Assembly (NCBI GenBank): GCA_950097015.1
Contig: CATNEN010000007.1
Location: 7,874,001 to 7,938,000 of the forward strand
DNA from: Macrostomum hystrix
Taxonomy: Eukaryota > Animalia > Platyhelminthes
Direction: 5' to 3'
Length of the DNA stretch: 64,000 nucleotides
Positions 52,986-64,000 of this stretch are shown here, piece after piece; within the stretch, counting starts at the first letter, position 1, and every line of letters starts with the position of its first letter. The notes under the pieces were generated by a model. The model saw nothing but the letters and a program-made list of their open reading frames with translations. It was not told the origin of the DNA and made no database searches. Both the position numbers and the translations under genes were made by a program.

Positions 52986-53773
52986 CATTAGGCAAACACA
53001 ATTAGAAAAAAGTTTTTAGTAGGGTAATTATCAAACGAAAAGGGCGCAAATCACTCAATTTGCGTGCCGACGGCCCACCCGTCAGCTGCCAGAGAACCTG
53101 AGGAAGACGGCGATGGCCGCCGCGGATGCCATAAAAAAGTCTTGAAGCTCAGATAATTTATAAAACCTTTTTTACAGTCGCAGGCTATGACTACACCAGC
53201 TCTGCCAGCAATGCTCGCGTCTTCTAGAAGCGAATTACACCGCAGAGTGAAACGCTGAGACAATTATTAACAACAAAAGCAACAGCATAAGAAATAAAAA
53301 AAATTTTCACAAAGAAGACGATTAAGATGCTGAGAAACTCGCTATGAATGATGATGATGAAGGAGATGAAACGCCGCAAGCCGAGCAGTGAAAAAAGACG
53401 GAACATTTAAATAATATTCCAATAAATAATAATACGGGGTGCTTTCACAACCCCCCAATTCCATATTCTCCAATAGAGCTCAAAATTCACATCCCCCAAA
53501 ATGTCAAATTCCCGACTCTGGCAAGAGCAGCGCGACACTCACAATTTTGGGAGATGTTAAGTTTTGGGATATATTAAGTTTTAGGATAATGAAACTTGCA
53601 GGAAGTTAAGACAACCGGCTAGGAACAGAAAAATTGGGGGAAGTGAAAGGCCCCTATAAAATTACTAACTGGTCTTTCAGTTTCCGCAAGCTTCGATTTC
53701 ACTCTTTGTACTTTGGCGCTCAATAAACAGTCGCCAACCTTCAACAGCTCAACGTTTGACAGTTTGGGGTCAG

Positions 53774-56475
53774 TTAGGCGACAATCCAGAAGTAGGCTGC
53801 CATCAGAGCCAGCAGCACTGGCAGCAGGCCGGCGGCACACAGCAGGCGGCCGCGGTTGGCTGCGGCGCAAGCCTCGGCCCGGCAGTCGGCCAGATCACGC
53901 TCGCCGGCAGCCTGGATGTCGCGGCAGCGCTGGGACAGCTCAGCGTGCTCCGCCCGGTCGGCCCGCGCGGCCAGCTCGGCCTCGGCCACGCGAGCTGACA
54001 GACTGTCGCAGTCTGCTAGCAGGCGACGACGCGCTTCGGCTTCTGCGTCGAGGCTGGCGCGCAGGCGAGCCGTTTCCGGATCATCCGGCTTCGATGGCGT
54101 CAGAGAGGCTGCCGGCGGCGGCTGCACCAGCGGTTTGAGCAGCCGGTGCTCGGCAATCTCCACCGATTCCGGATTGGCTCGAAGGCAGCGCATCAGATCC
54201 AGCAGCCAGGCAGCGCTTTGCTGGCCAGTTGAATCAGCAGTCGGCGGCGGCGGAAGCTGTTTCAGCCGCTGCTGCAGCTGCTCCTCTTTAAGCTGCTTCT
54301 CAGCCTCCAACGCCAGCATGCGGGAGCCCAGCTGGTTAAGGCAGACCAGAGCCGACTCCAGCTGGCTGTGCAGGTCATCCACGGTTGCTGACGATGCGTC
54401 CAGAGCGGCGTGCTGATCGCGAAGCTGAATCTTGCAGGCCTAGGTGAATTGAGACACAGTTAATTAGTGATTAGGTCACTTACATTTTATTTAAATGATA
54501 AAGAAGAAATAATTTCGCTTTGCAACTACTTAATTAAGCAATAAGTAATAACTACATAATTCACAACTCAAAAACTTAATAGTGCAGTAAGACATGACTC
54601 GCGGGTTTTTACTTATCAGTTTAGACTAGAGCGGCGGAATTCATAGAAATATATTAAATCAACAAAATTTTTACTTTTGGGGAACGAGGTGCACCTTAAG
54701 GTGCACCTTAAGTAAATTAAGGTTCTCCAGTCAAGACTCAAAACTTATTTAACACTCCTTACCGAGAAAATTTTAGGTTTTGACAAAGCGGGGTTACCTT
54801 GGGGTCGGGATTTGGGTTCGAGTCTTAGGATCTGTGTTCGAGTCTTGGGATCTGGGTTCGAGTCTTGGAATCTGGGTTCGAGTCTTGGGATCTGTGTTCG
54901 AGTATTGGGATCTGGGTTCGAGTCTTGAATCTGGGTTCGAGTCTTGGGATCTGGGTTCGAGTCTTCGGATCTGGGTTCGGGTCTTGGGATCTGGGTTCGA
55001 GTCTTGGGATCTGGGTTCGAGTCTTGGGATCTGGGTTCGAGTCTTGGGATCTGGGTTCGAGTCTTCGGATCTGGGTTCGAGTCTTGATATCTGGGTTCGA
55101 GACTTGGAATACGGGAACACACGCCTAGCGTCGGTAAAGACTTTACCTGCAGCTCTGCCTTCAAGTCGGGCTTCGGGGTCTCCGCTGACACCGAATGTGG
55201 CTGAGCTTTGACATCCGCTGCAGCTGGTGCAGTCTGAACTTCCGCGTCGCTCCGCTCGCTCTGTTGGCGACATTGCGGCGCTGCAGACTGTGACTGCGCC
55301 GGCTGTGAAGGCACCGGCTGTTGCTCCCGACCAACGTCTAGCGCCTCGCCGAGCTCCTCGATGCGAGCCTTCATGGCGGCATTGCGCGCCCGCTCCCGGT
55401 CCAGCTGGGCAGTAAGGTCGCCGGTCTCATCCGTCAGTCGGTCGGCAAGGGCGCGCAGCCGCTCGCCGGTGCGGTCACGTGCCGCTCGGAGATGCTGGCA
55501 CTCGTCCTGGCTGTCGTGCCAGGCTCGCTCCAGTTCGCCAGTCCGATGGACGGCGGCGCCCCGCTCCGCTAGCGCAGTTTCTAGGCGCCGCTTCAGCGTC
55601 TCTTCAGAGGCTGCGCCTGTGCGAACAGCGACTGACAGCGAGTCATCGGCGTGGGCATTTTGACCGTCACCTTCGCTGATATCAGCATCAACGCTGACTC
55701 CGGCTGCGATCAGCTGGGCTTCGAGCAGCTCAATGCGCTGTATTAACTGCTCCTGGTCAAGCACGCTAGTCCAGGAGCCGGCGCTGAAACTACCGATGGA
55801 TTCGAGCAGGTCGCGGAATTTGTCCAGCTTGGTGCACAAAAGCCGCTCTCGGTGCAGCGCCTCCTGCAGATACTGGCTGAGCTGGTGCACCTGTTCTTGA
55901 CTAACTGTGTCCGCTACCGCCGCTGCGGCTGCTGCAGCCGCGGCAGCAGCAGCAGCATCGGCATCTTCGCCAGAATTACCCGACACAGCTGAGCCCAACG
56001 ACGTAGCGTCGGGTCGCTTCGCCTCGCTGCCATCGGCGTGGTAAAGAAACACGGCGGCCGTCACGCAGCCGTGCGTCACCTTCTTGGAATTCTCAACAAC
56101 TTCCACGCCAAACTGGACAATGTCTCCACTGAACAAAGCGCGCGGTGGGCTCTCCTCGTTGCCCTTGCCAAGGCGCTGATTGTTAACAAATGTTCCATTG
56201 CTGCTCTTGGTGTCTTTTAGCCAAAACTGCCCGGCTTCGTACCAAAGCAAGGCGTGATTTCTGCTGAGCACCTTGCAGTCAAAGATGGCGTTGTCTATGG
56301 CCGGCTTGGACTTGGCCACGGAACGGCCAACTTTGACAGGCTCAGCGCCCAGTGGCACCCGGCGCTCAGAAAACGGATATGACTGAGGCCGCGACTTCAA
56401 GCAGGCCACCGGCAGGTCCTCGCCGCAGCCATTGCTTAAGTCGTCGACGGCGTCGAAGACTTTGCATTCGCGCAT
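53774..56475 (-). CDS. SLMAP: Sarcolemmal membrane-associated protein (FHA + coiled coil + tail anchor), ~664 aa
   Basis: Exons 56475-55147 (acceptor at 56574; ATG choice uncertain) and 54439-53774, phase 0. FHA GRSVA...NAIFDCKVLSRNHALLW...DTKSSNGTFVN; LSQYLQEALHRE; C-terminal TM. Confidence 0.9.
54800..55105. repeat. 20-bp minisatellite gggttcgagtcttgggatct
   Basis: Tandem copies in the SLMAP intron. Confidence 0.92.
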
Positions 56476-56976
56476 TGCGGCGGGCTCTGTCTGCTGCTGC
56501 TGCTGCTGCTGCTTGCGGTGGCGCCTTAGGCTGCTTCTGCTGCCGCCTGGGTCGCGCTTTACATCCTGCGATACCTGAAAGAATGAGAATGCGCAAGTGT
56601 TACTACTCAACAGCTAGTAGTAGAAAGCTTCTTACCCTAAAATCTGAGTTAACTAATAAATAGCTAAACTACAAATCACTCAGCTGTGCCTTTCCATAGC
56701 TGTCTGAGAGGACAAGGCTGGGACTACAGAAAAAACAACTCTAGCCCAGCGATTACAAGTTAGCAAATCAAATAAAGTGCAGATAAGACAAGACGGAACA
56801 CATCCGAATTCCATGCATTCAAACTGCGAATGCAGAGCGCATCTTCTGCTCTGTTGGGCTTTATTCACAGCCTCAAGGGCCACACAAACACTCGCACCAG
56901 TAGCAGCATCTGACAGTCAAGGCAAGCCCCGCTGTAGAGCAGAGGGCCAGTTCCAACAAGGCAGAGCTGGCGGGCC

Positions 56977-57327
56977 TCACTTGGCCACCGTCACCTCCAC
57001 CTCCACCTCCGGCTCGATGCTGATGCTCGTGATCTGCTTGACGGTCTCAGCTGGCGACTGCAGGTCAATCAGCCGCTTGTGCAGGCGCAGCCGGTACCGG
57101 TCCCAGGTCTTCGAGCCCTCACCGCAGGGTGTCTTGCGAGTCGTGATGCTCAGCACCTTGGTGGGCATTCGCACCGGTCCCTTCACTGGCAGGTTCTTGT
57201 CCTTGGCGCCCTTGATCAGGTCGGCGCACACCTTCTCCAGGCTGCGGACATTCTTTGACGACAGCGTGATGCGGATCCGGTGCACCTGCGCCGACTGCAG
57301 CTCTTCCTTGCCTTCCTTGGCGTCCAT
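56977..57327 (-). CDS. RPS20: 40S ribosomal protein S20 (uS10), copy B, 116 aa
   Basis: [45 protein letters not shown]; AATAAA at 56865-56860. Confidence 0.95.
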   Translation of the reverse strand: MDAKEGKEELQSAQVHRIRITLSSKNVRSLEKVCADLIKGAKDKNLPVKGPVRMPTKVLSITTRKTPCGEGSKTWDRYRLRLHKRLIDLQSPAETVKQITSISIEPEVEVEVTVAK

Positions 57328-57950
57328 GGCAACTGTTGCTAGGGGAGTTTGTGTGCTGCTGAAGCGGTCTCTGGCCGAGATGCTCAAGTGAAGCAGCGCT
57401 GAGCCAGCTGCAATTTTATTTGAATTTCAATAACTTTCATTATAACAAGTTCGCTGGAAATATTTTCTATACAGAATAGATATGCATTCATATGTATAAT
57501 GTGCTGGCTAGTAAGTAAATAAAAGGGTTAGCCAGTTTTGAATTCTGTAAAGCTGTACAATTACGATTAACCTAGCATTGGCCAGACAGACTGAAAAGTC
57601 TGCGGCCCGTATACACTAAGGAAACGCATTTAATAGAAAATGCAACACAACTAGAAGGCCAATGTTTTTTCCTACGCACAATAAACAATTGAGAGAGGCG
57701 GGTGGCGCAGCTTAAACTGAACCGGACTCTAAATTTAGCGCGCCCAGCTTCGCTGGAACCCCCGGCCTGGCCAGAAACACTCGACAGGGTCTCGGGTTGG
57801 TCGGGCTCGGCTGCAAGTAGTACTGAACACATCCACAGGCCCAGTATAATGAGCAACCCGGAGTCTAATTCAATCACAACCTACGACACTAAAAGCAAAT
57901 TTCAGCGATCAAGCAGAAAGAAATTACGAAATTGCTTGTGCAGCGAATCG

Positions 57951-58624
57951 GTAGGAAACTAGCTGACACCCTGATGGCCTGCATCGGCTACTCAGACAGT
58001 AGGAAACTAGCTGACACCCTGATGACCTGCATTGGCTACTCAGACAGTAGGAAACTAGCTGACACCCTGATGACCTGCATTGGCTACTCAGATAGTAGGA
58101 AACTAGCTGACACCCTGATGACCTGCATTGGCTACTCAGACAGTAGGAAACTAGCTGACACCCTGATGACCTGCATTGGCTACTCAGACAGTAGGAAACT
58201 AGCTGACACCCTGATGGCCTGCATTGGCTACTCAGACAGTAGGAAACTAGCTGACACCCTGATGACCTGCATTGGCTACTCAGACAGTAGGAAACTAGCT
58301 GACACCCTGATGACCTGCATTGGCTACTCAGACAGTAGGAAACTAGCTGACACCCTGATGGCCTGCATTGGCTACTCAGACAGTAGGAAACTAGCTGACA
58401 CCCTGATGACCTGCATTGGCTACTCAGACAGTAGGAAACTAGCTGACACCCTGATGGCCTGCATTGGCTACTCAGACAGTAGGAAACTAGCTGACACCCT
58501 GATGGCCTGCATTGGCTACTCAGACAGTAGGAAACTAGCTGACACCCTGATGGCCTGCATTGGCTACTCAGACAGTAGGAAACTAGCTGACACCCTGATG
58601 ACCTGCATTGGCTACTCAGACAGT
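57951..58624. repeat. 48-bp tandem repeat, ~14 copies, between the RPS20 copies
   Basis: Unit gtaggaaactagctgacaccctgatg(a/g)cctgcattggctactcagaca, near-identical. Confidence 0.95.
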
Positions 58625-58787
58625 TAAAAAAAACAGGACAAACAGCGAAGACAAAAATTTGTCCAAGCAGCAAAGACGGAACCGCTACGCAATGGTATAT
58701 TTTTCTGTCGAGTCGGAACAAAACAGCCACACAACGCGATCTTATACAGGCAACATGCAAGTTCCTGCAGGGCAGAGCTGGCGGGCC

Positions 58788-59138
58788 TCACTTGGCCACC
58801 GTCACCTCCACCTCCACCTCCGGCTCGATGCTGATGCTCGTGATCTGCTTGACGGTCTCAGCTGGCGACTGCAGGTCAATCAGCCGCTTGTGCAGGCGCA
58901 GCCGGTACCGGTCCCAGGTCTTCGAGCCCTCACCGCAGGGTGTCTTGCGAGTCGTGATGCTCAGCACCTTGGTGGGCATTCGCACCGGTCCCTTCACTGG
59001 CAGGTTCTTGTCCTTGGCGCCCTTGATCAGGTCGGCGCACACCTTCTCCAGGCTGCGGACATTCTTTGACGACAGCGTGATGCGGATCCGGTGCACCTGC
59101 GCCGACTGCAGCTCTTCCTTGCCTTCCTTGGCGTCCAT
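58788..59138 (-). CDS. RPS20: 40S ribosomal protein S20 (uS10), copy A, 116 aa
   Basis: Same protein as copy B; upstream acceptor ctttgcag at 59224. Confidence 0.95.
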   Translation of the reverse strand: MDAKEGKEELQSAQVHRIRITLSSKNVRSLEKVCADLIKGAKDKNLPVKGPVRMPTKVLSITTRKTPCGEGSKTWDRYRLRLHKRLIDLQSPAETVKQITSISIEPEVEVEVTVAK

Positions 59139-59567
59139 GGCAACTGTTGCTACGGGATCTGAGTTTGTGTGCTGCTGAAGCGGTCTCTGGCCGAGATGCT
59201 CAAGTGAAGCAGCGCTGAGCCAGCTGCAAAGTGGCATTGAGCTCATGAGAATTTTCCCTTGTGTACTAACAATGTGTATTGGTGTTCAAGTGTAGAGGAG
59301 ACACAACGGGCTATGAAAGCGGAGAACTGAATAAGATGGGATGAAACTCTACAATGAGAAAAGTCAAAAAATTTAAAGAAAGTAAAAAAAATGAAGTCGA
59401 AACAAAAGTTAATATTGTGATGGGATTAAGTTGCCTTGTTAAACATACTAAAATAATATTATGATACAGAGATAGAAAAGCATTGGCTAGATCAATCATC
59501 AGTTGCTGAGTGAGTCGTTAGCGCGTTTGTATTAACAGTGCAGTAAGGCATCATTCAGACAATACAA

Positions 59568-59996
59568 TCAGTAGCGATATTTAGTGGAATAGTCTTTAGG
59601 CGACACAACCAAACCGCGGCCTTTGCGAGCGCCCCGGAATACGGTCTCAATAATGTCTATAAACTCGCCAGTGTCTTCAATGGCCCAGTTGATCTTGTTG
59701 TTGTTACCGGTGCCCAAGTCAATCATGATGTGCTTGTTTCTGTAGAAGAACATCACTGTGCAGGGATCGTACAGCTCGTACATCTTGTTGAAGTTCGGCA
59801 CCTTCTGTATGTCCACCAAGTAGATGACGGCGAAGTTCCTGATCTTCTCGGCCACCTTGAACAAGGTCTCGTCCATCACCATGCAGGCGGGATCCCAGTC
59901 GTGCCCGAATCTGATCACAACTAGGCGGTCCTCCTCGGACAGGATGGCCTGGTCCACCTGCCAGCCATTGGTGAGGTGAGGAAGCATGTAGGACAT
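59568..59996 (-). CDS. TXNL4A: U5 snRNP thioredoxin-like protein DIM1, 142 aa, intronless CDS
   Basis: MSYMLPHL...RFGHDWDP.C...DLGTGNNNKINW...VSPKDYSTKYRY. Confidence 0.98.
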   Translation of the reverse strand: MSYMLPHLTNGWQVDQAILSEEDRLVVIRFGHDWDPACMVMDETLFKVAEKIRNFAVIYLVDIQKVPNFNKMYELYDPCTVMFFYRNKHIMIDLGTGNNNKINWAIEDTGEFIDIIETVFRGARKGRGLVVSPKDYSTKYRY

Positions 59997-61775
59997 GGCT
60001 GTGGCTGGAAATCAGTGTGTCATATGGGAAGACTGAGCTCAGTACATCACGGTGAAAGCCACTCTGCACATTATGTGACTTGTCTTGCCATTTTAGTTTT
60101 CAATTTATACAGCTATTTAAACCGTGTGGGCCATATTATTTCAAATTAGTGAGAGTACAACTGCAGGTTCAATAAATTTAGTGATTTGACCTATAAATGT
60201 CTTAGAACTGTTTTGCAGCAGCAACGACCTAATAAGACTGTAAAATGCTAAATACACTTAAAAGACAGATAGATCTTATATCAAACACCAGATAAATAAT
60301 GACTAGATTAGCTCAACTTGTACTCAACTGGGCTGCAATCGAAATTTGCAATTTTGCAATCAAAATCAACTGAGAATCAATGCAAGATCTTGTATTGGAA
60401 GTTTAGAGAAGCCGATCAGGCAGTTGATGTAAGGAAAACATTAGCATGCAAGCCTTATGCAATGTCAAATCTCTTCAAGTTGGTGTCATTATTGTTATCT
60501 TTAAGTCACAAAATTGAAGAAAGCTTTGGACACAGTCTTTGTGTCTTTGGACACATGAACCTAAATAGATCTATGTAAATATACCAATGACCAATTTAAT
60601 TTTGTATTAACCATGGTAAAAATATTTTTTGCAGCATAGAAAGTGGAAAAAATGTATGCTTATCTTCAAGATTTAAGTCCATTTTAATATACTTATTTGC
60701 CAACCTAAAAACAATTTCAAAATGGACACTGCGACAATAACATATTGTAAGATTCTACTGATGTTTTAATTTTAAATAAACTTAGCCATGTGGTCTCATT
60801 GTGATTGCAAGCACAAATTTTCATTTTGAATTCTGACACAATTTCCTTAAATTCAGACTTTTTTATCTTTGGTATAAGTAAAAACAAGTATACAAAACTC
60901 AAAAGCATTAGTAAAATATTATTTTTCCATCAGAAACCATTTCAAACTATTTGAAACCACACTGTAGGCAGCAAAACCAGTGTGATGCTGCCTACAGTGT
61001 TTGAGCTTATAAGCCTGGAGTTAGCTTTCAAGCAGTCAATAAAATGTCAATGTCAAAAGCATTGACACAAAGTGCATAGGCAAAAAACTCTACAAGTGTT
61101 TGCGATTATACTGTATTTTTTGCATTTTCCATATTTTTGTTTATAATTTTTTGCATTTTTTGTATTTTTACGTTTGATTTATTTCAATTATCCAATCATT
61201 GCTTTTTTGTATTTTAACTGTTGTGCATAAAGGAGAATTTAAATTCTTTGCTTTTTCCCTTTAGCTAGGGAAAATTCTTATCCCTCCCTTTAGCTATTTT
61301 TTCTAGTTTTCTTAGCTTCACATTTTTATTTAACTCTAGTTAATTCTTATACCTTCTTACATAAGTTTCAAACAACTTTTTTATTATAATATTTCTACTT
61401 TTATTGTTAAATATACCTTATTGGTTGCTTCTTAGGATATAAAAAATTTATTTGCCGGATACTTAGACAAGATGCATTAGTAAATATTTTATATGGATGG
61501 ATTTTTTTCAACAGTAGCAATTATATTCCAATTACTTATCATCAAAAATAGTGAGTACAAATGCTTTTTCATCATTTTTTTAAGATTAGGCCCTAGACAA
61601 AGTTCTCTGAAAGAAATTTTATTAAATGGGCTACCCACCAATGAATCACTAAAAAGCCAGGGAGTTGAAGCTGACAATCATAGTTGAAACATTCAAGTTA
61701 TCAAGTAAAGATATAGCAATTACAATTTTTCATTCCAAAATCAAAAATAATTTTTAGCTAGGCCTATTTCTTTGC

Positions 61776-62275
61776 ATGTATGGGTTCCCCGACAGACATT
61801 TTCTGACAGACATTTTTCACTTTAAGCAAAAATTAAAACAAAAACACAAACTCTCAAACCTAAAGTGTATGTCCATCTCTGACGCTGAGCTATGCTTTAA
61901 AAAAATGTGCGGGACGAATATTTTTGTCAATGATTTGCTACTGAAGAAACTTTTAAAGTGTGCTCTGACGGCTTTTTCAGATGCGTCTTATAATCCTATT
62001 TCTGCCTCAACTAAAGGCATGGGTCAATTATTTCACCAGATACTGCTACAACTGCTTGACGCATGTCCCTGCTACACAAGGACACCTCAGACACACAAAT
62101 TAGTCAAGTACTTTTTCAAGCCGCAAAGAAGCAGAGAAAGCACACTTTAAATGAGAATATCTGAAAAAGTACTTGACTAATTTGTGTGTCTGAGGTGTCC
62201 TTGTGTAGCAGAGACATGTCTGCTACATGTCTGAAAAATGTCTGTCCGAAAATGTCTGTCGGGGAACCCATACAT
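61776..62275. mobile_element. Foldback MITE with nested inverted repeats, inserted in a decayed relative of the 33-34.7 kb MULE
   Basis: TIRs atgtatgggttccccgacagacatttt / aaaatgtctgtcggggaacccatacat; inner ~56-bp IR 62063-62118 / 62162-62218. Flanks resemble 34520-34712 (agttatcaagtaaag; cccagtg...aaacactccc at ~62392). Confidence 0.7.
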
Positions 62276-63372
62276 TTTCTCTGCTTGTTTTAAAAGCTAG
62301 TTAAAAAAGAAAAGTAGGCCTATATGTTGTCATAATTATTTAAACCTAGTTATCCCAGTGAGCCCAGTATGAACTCATGTTTTAAACACTCCCTCATTCT
62401 TTGACATAGGTCAAACTAGTTTCAGTTGACAATCATCTTTGAAATTTGTCTGCTATGCTGAAAAAATCATTACTCAAACATAAGAAGTGCAAATTGTTTA
62501 CAATGGTTAAGCAATCATCATAATGTAATGGTTACTATATAATATCGATTTTAAAATGTGATCATCAACATAAAAAGACAATGAGATGTAATGTAATATT
62601 TAATAAAAAAACTACAAAAATTTAATTTACTTTCCCCAACTTTTGTGACAACTAGGCCTAAATACTATACAAAGGTAAGCACTGCACTTTTTGTTGATTA
62701 TTTACTGTACCCACACAATTGAAAATGCTTGTCTTTTAAAACTGAGGGGTGGCACTCCTTTTTGTACCCTTTAGGCCCCCTAGTTCTCTTCATATTATGT
62801 ACAGGATTAAAGCCAAGACATCTATGCAGTAGGAGTCGTGGAGCCACTTAATTTATGACGTCATGTGTCAGTGGTTCAAAGCTCGGTGATTAAGTGAACA
62901 AATTACTTCTAACTAAATACATAAAATCAATTTAGGGTTTCGTATTTAAATTATCCGATAGAAAATAACACAGGGGCAAAAAGGGTATAATAACATTGAT
63001 ACAAAGAAACAACCAGAATCTAATTCTAAATCTAATTATTTTAATGAGCATGTTTAGGTTGAAGCGACTTAATCTATTATGACGTTTTAAGTGTTAATAA
63101 TCAACAAGAAAGGAAATTACAAAAGTCGTCAAGCTCTCACTTTCCATAAAATAATTACCTACCGGTCTCTCCGTTCAAATCTAAGTGATTAATTTGTCAT
63201 TAAAACAAAAATGCACAGTTTTGAGTTTAAGCATAACGTAACAACCATTATGTTCCTAGTTTAACTGTATCTGTGTATAGGAATGTATAGTATCGTTTCA
63301 TTGCATTATATGAAAACTGTATTTGCCATTAGTGCACATCTTTTTAGATGTGCACACCGTTTTATAGATCCA

Positions 63373-64000
63373 CTAGCTTTTTTTGCCCGTTGTTTTTGGG
63401 GCAGAAATTTAAAGCAAAGCAGTAAGCAATTCACGTCTCTGTATTAACTTTATAGTGAAGGTCACCATTTATTTATTTACTGCATTAATGAAAAGTGAAG
63501 AGTTTGTTTAAGGGCGTTTTAAGTAAAAAATAAGTGAAAAGTTTGTCCAAACAGCCCCCTCTTGATTACTTCTTTAGAAACATGTCTCTTAGCCACTCCT
63601 CTATACAGTCAGTGGCAGATCCAGGAAATTTGTTTTGGGGCGGTCTGTCAGGGGAGCGCCATGAGAATCACAGAGGGGGTGCCAGCGGCCGAAAAAGGGC
63701 GCAAGGAGCCAAGAAAGGGCGCCAGCGGCTGAAAAACGGGAGCCAGCGGCTGAAAAAGGGGCGCCAGCGGCCGAAAAGGGGCGCCAGTGCTGCGACTGGC
63801 GCCCCTGGTGGGGGCATCTTATTCCCATGATTAAAATTTAGGGGGGCGACTGCCCCCCCGCCCCCCCCTAAATCTGCCTCTGTATACAGTATGCATGTAC
63901 ACGCGTATACATAAGGAAAATAGCCATGGCATAACAATAACAATGTCAAAGAAACAAAATTAAACTGTTTCAGAGTTTAGAGTTAGACAGGTCAAGGTCA
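63373..64000 (-). mobile_element. Second copy (3' end) of the non-autonomous Helitron including the nested hAT MITE; truncated by the window edge
   Basis: Near-identical to 8537-9165; CTAG|T end and hairpin; different flanking DNA. Confidence 0.92.

Noticed and set aside
57951-58624. Array of C/D-box snoRNA-like units (TGATGA, CTGA) or a repeat protein
   Set aside because: The boxes are on the strand opposite the flanking genes, TGATGA is broken in about half the units, and there is no terminal stem; the ORFs result from a 48-bp unit.

Overview
This is eukaryotic (metazoan) genomic DNA: GC-rich exons, GT-AG introns packed with minisatellites, and AT-rich intergenic DNA. The style suggests a free-living flatworm such as Macrostomum, but that is inference, not proof. 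Genes assembled by hand with phase-consistent splice sites: FPP synthase (-), a 2-Ig basigin/neuroplastin homologue (-) directly downstream of an SLC16 monocarboxylate transporter (-), a secreted protein with a tandem uncharacterised Cys/Trp domain (-, one junction unresolved), an LZTS-family gene (+), and a same-strand run DIM1/TXNL4A, RPS20, RPS20, SLMAP, ARP3, POLR1E (-). Mobile DNA: two copies of a non-autonomous Helitron with a nested hAT MITE, a Mutator-like element with a perfect 9-bp TSD carrying a ubiquitin-specific-protease fragment, CORE-like SINEs, several MITEs and a decayed LINE. Best leads: (1) an MCT gene physically linked to its chaperone basigin; (2) an operon-like, possibly SL-trans-spliced cluster with an apparently identical RPS20 duplicate; (3) the USP-carrying Pack-MULE; (4) an FPPS with a bifunctional FPP/GGPP-type chain-length motif; (5) minisatellites made of regulatory motifs (Pol III B-boxes, ATTAAA, GC-boxes). 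There are no prokaryotic features or CRISPR arrays. Most long ORFs in the track over repeats are artefacts.
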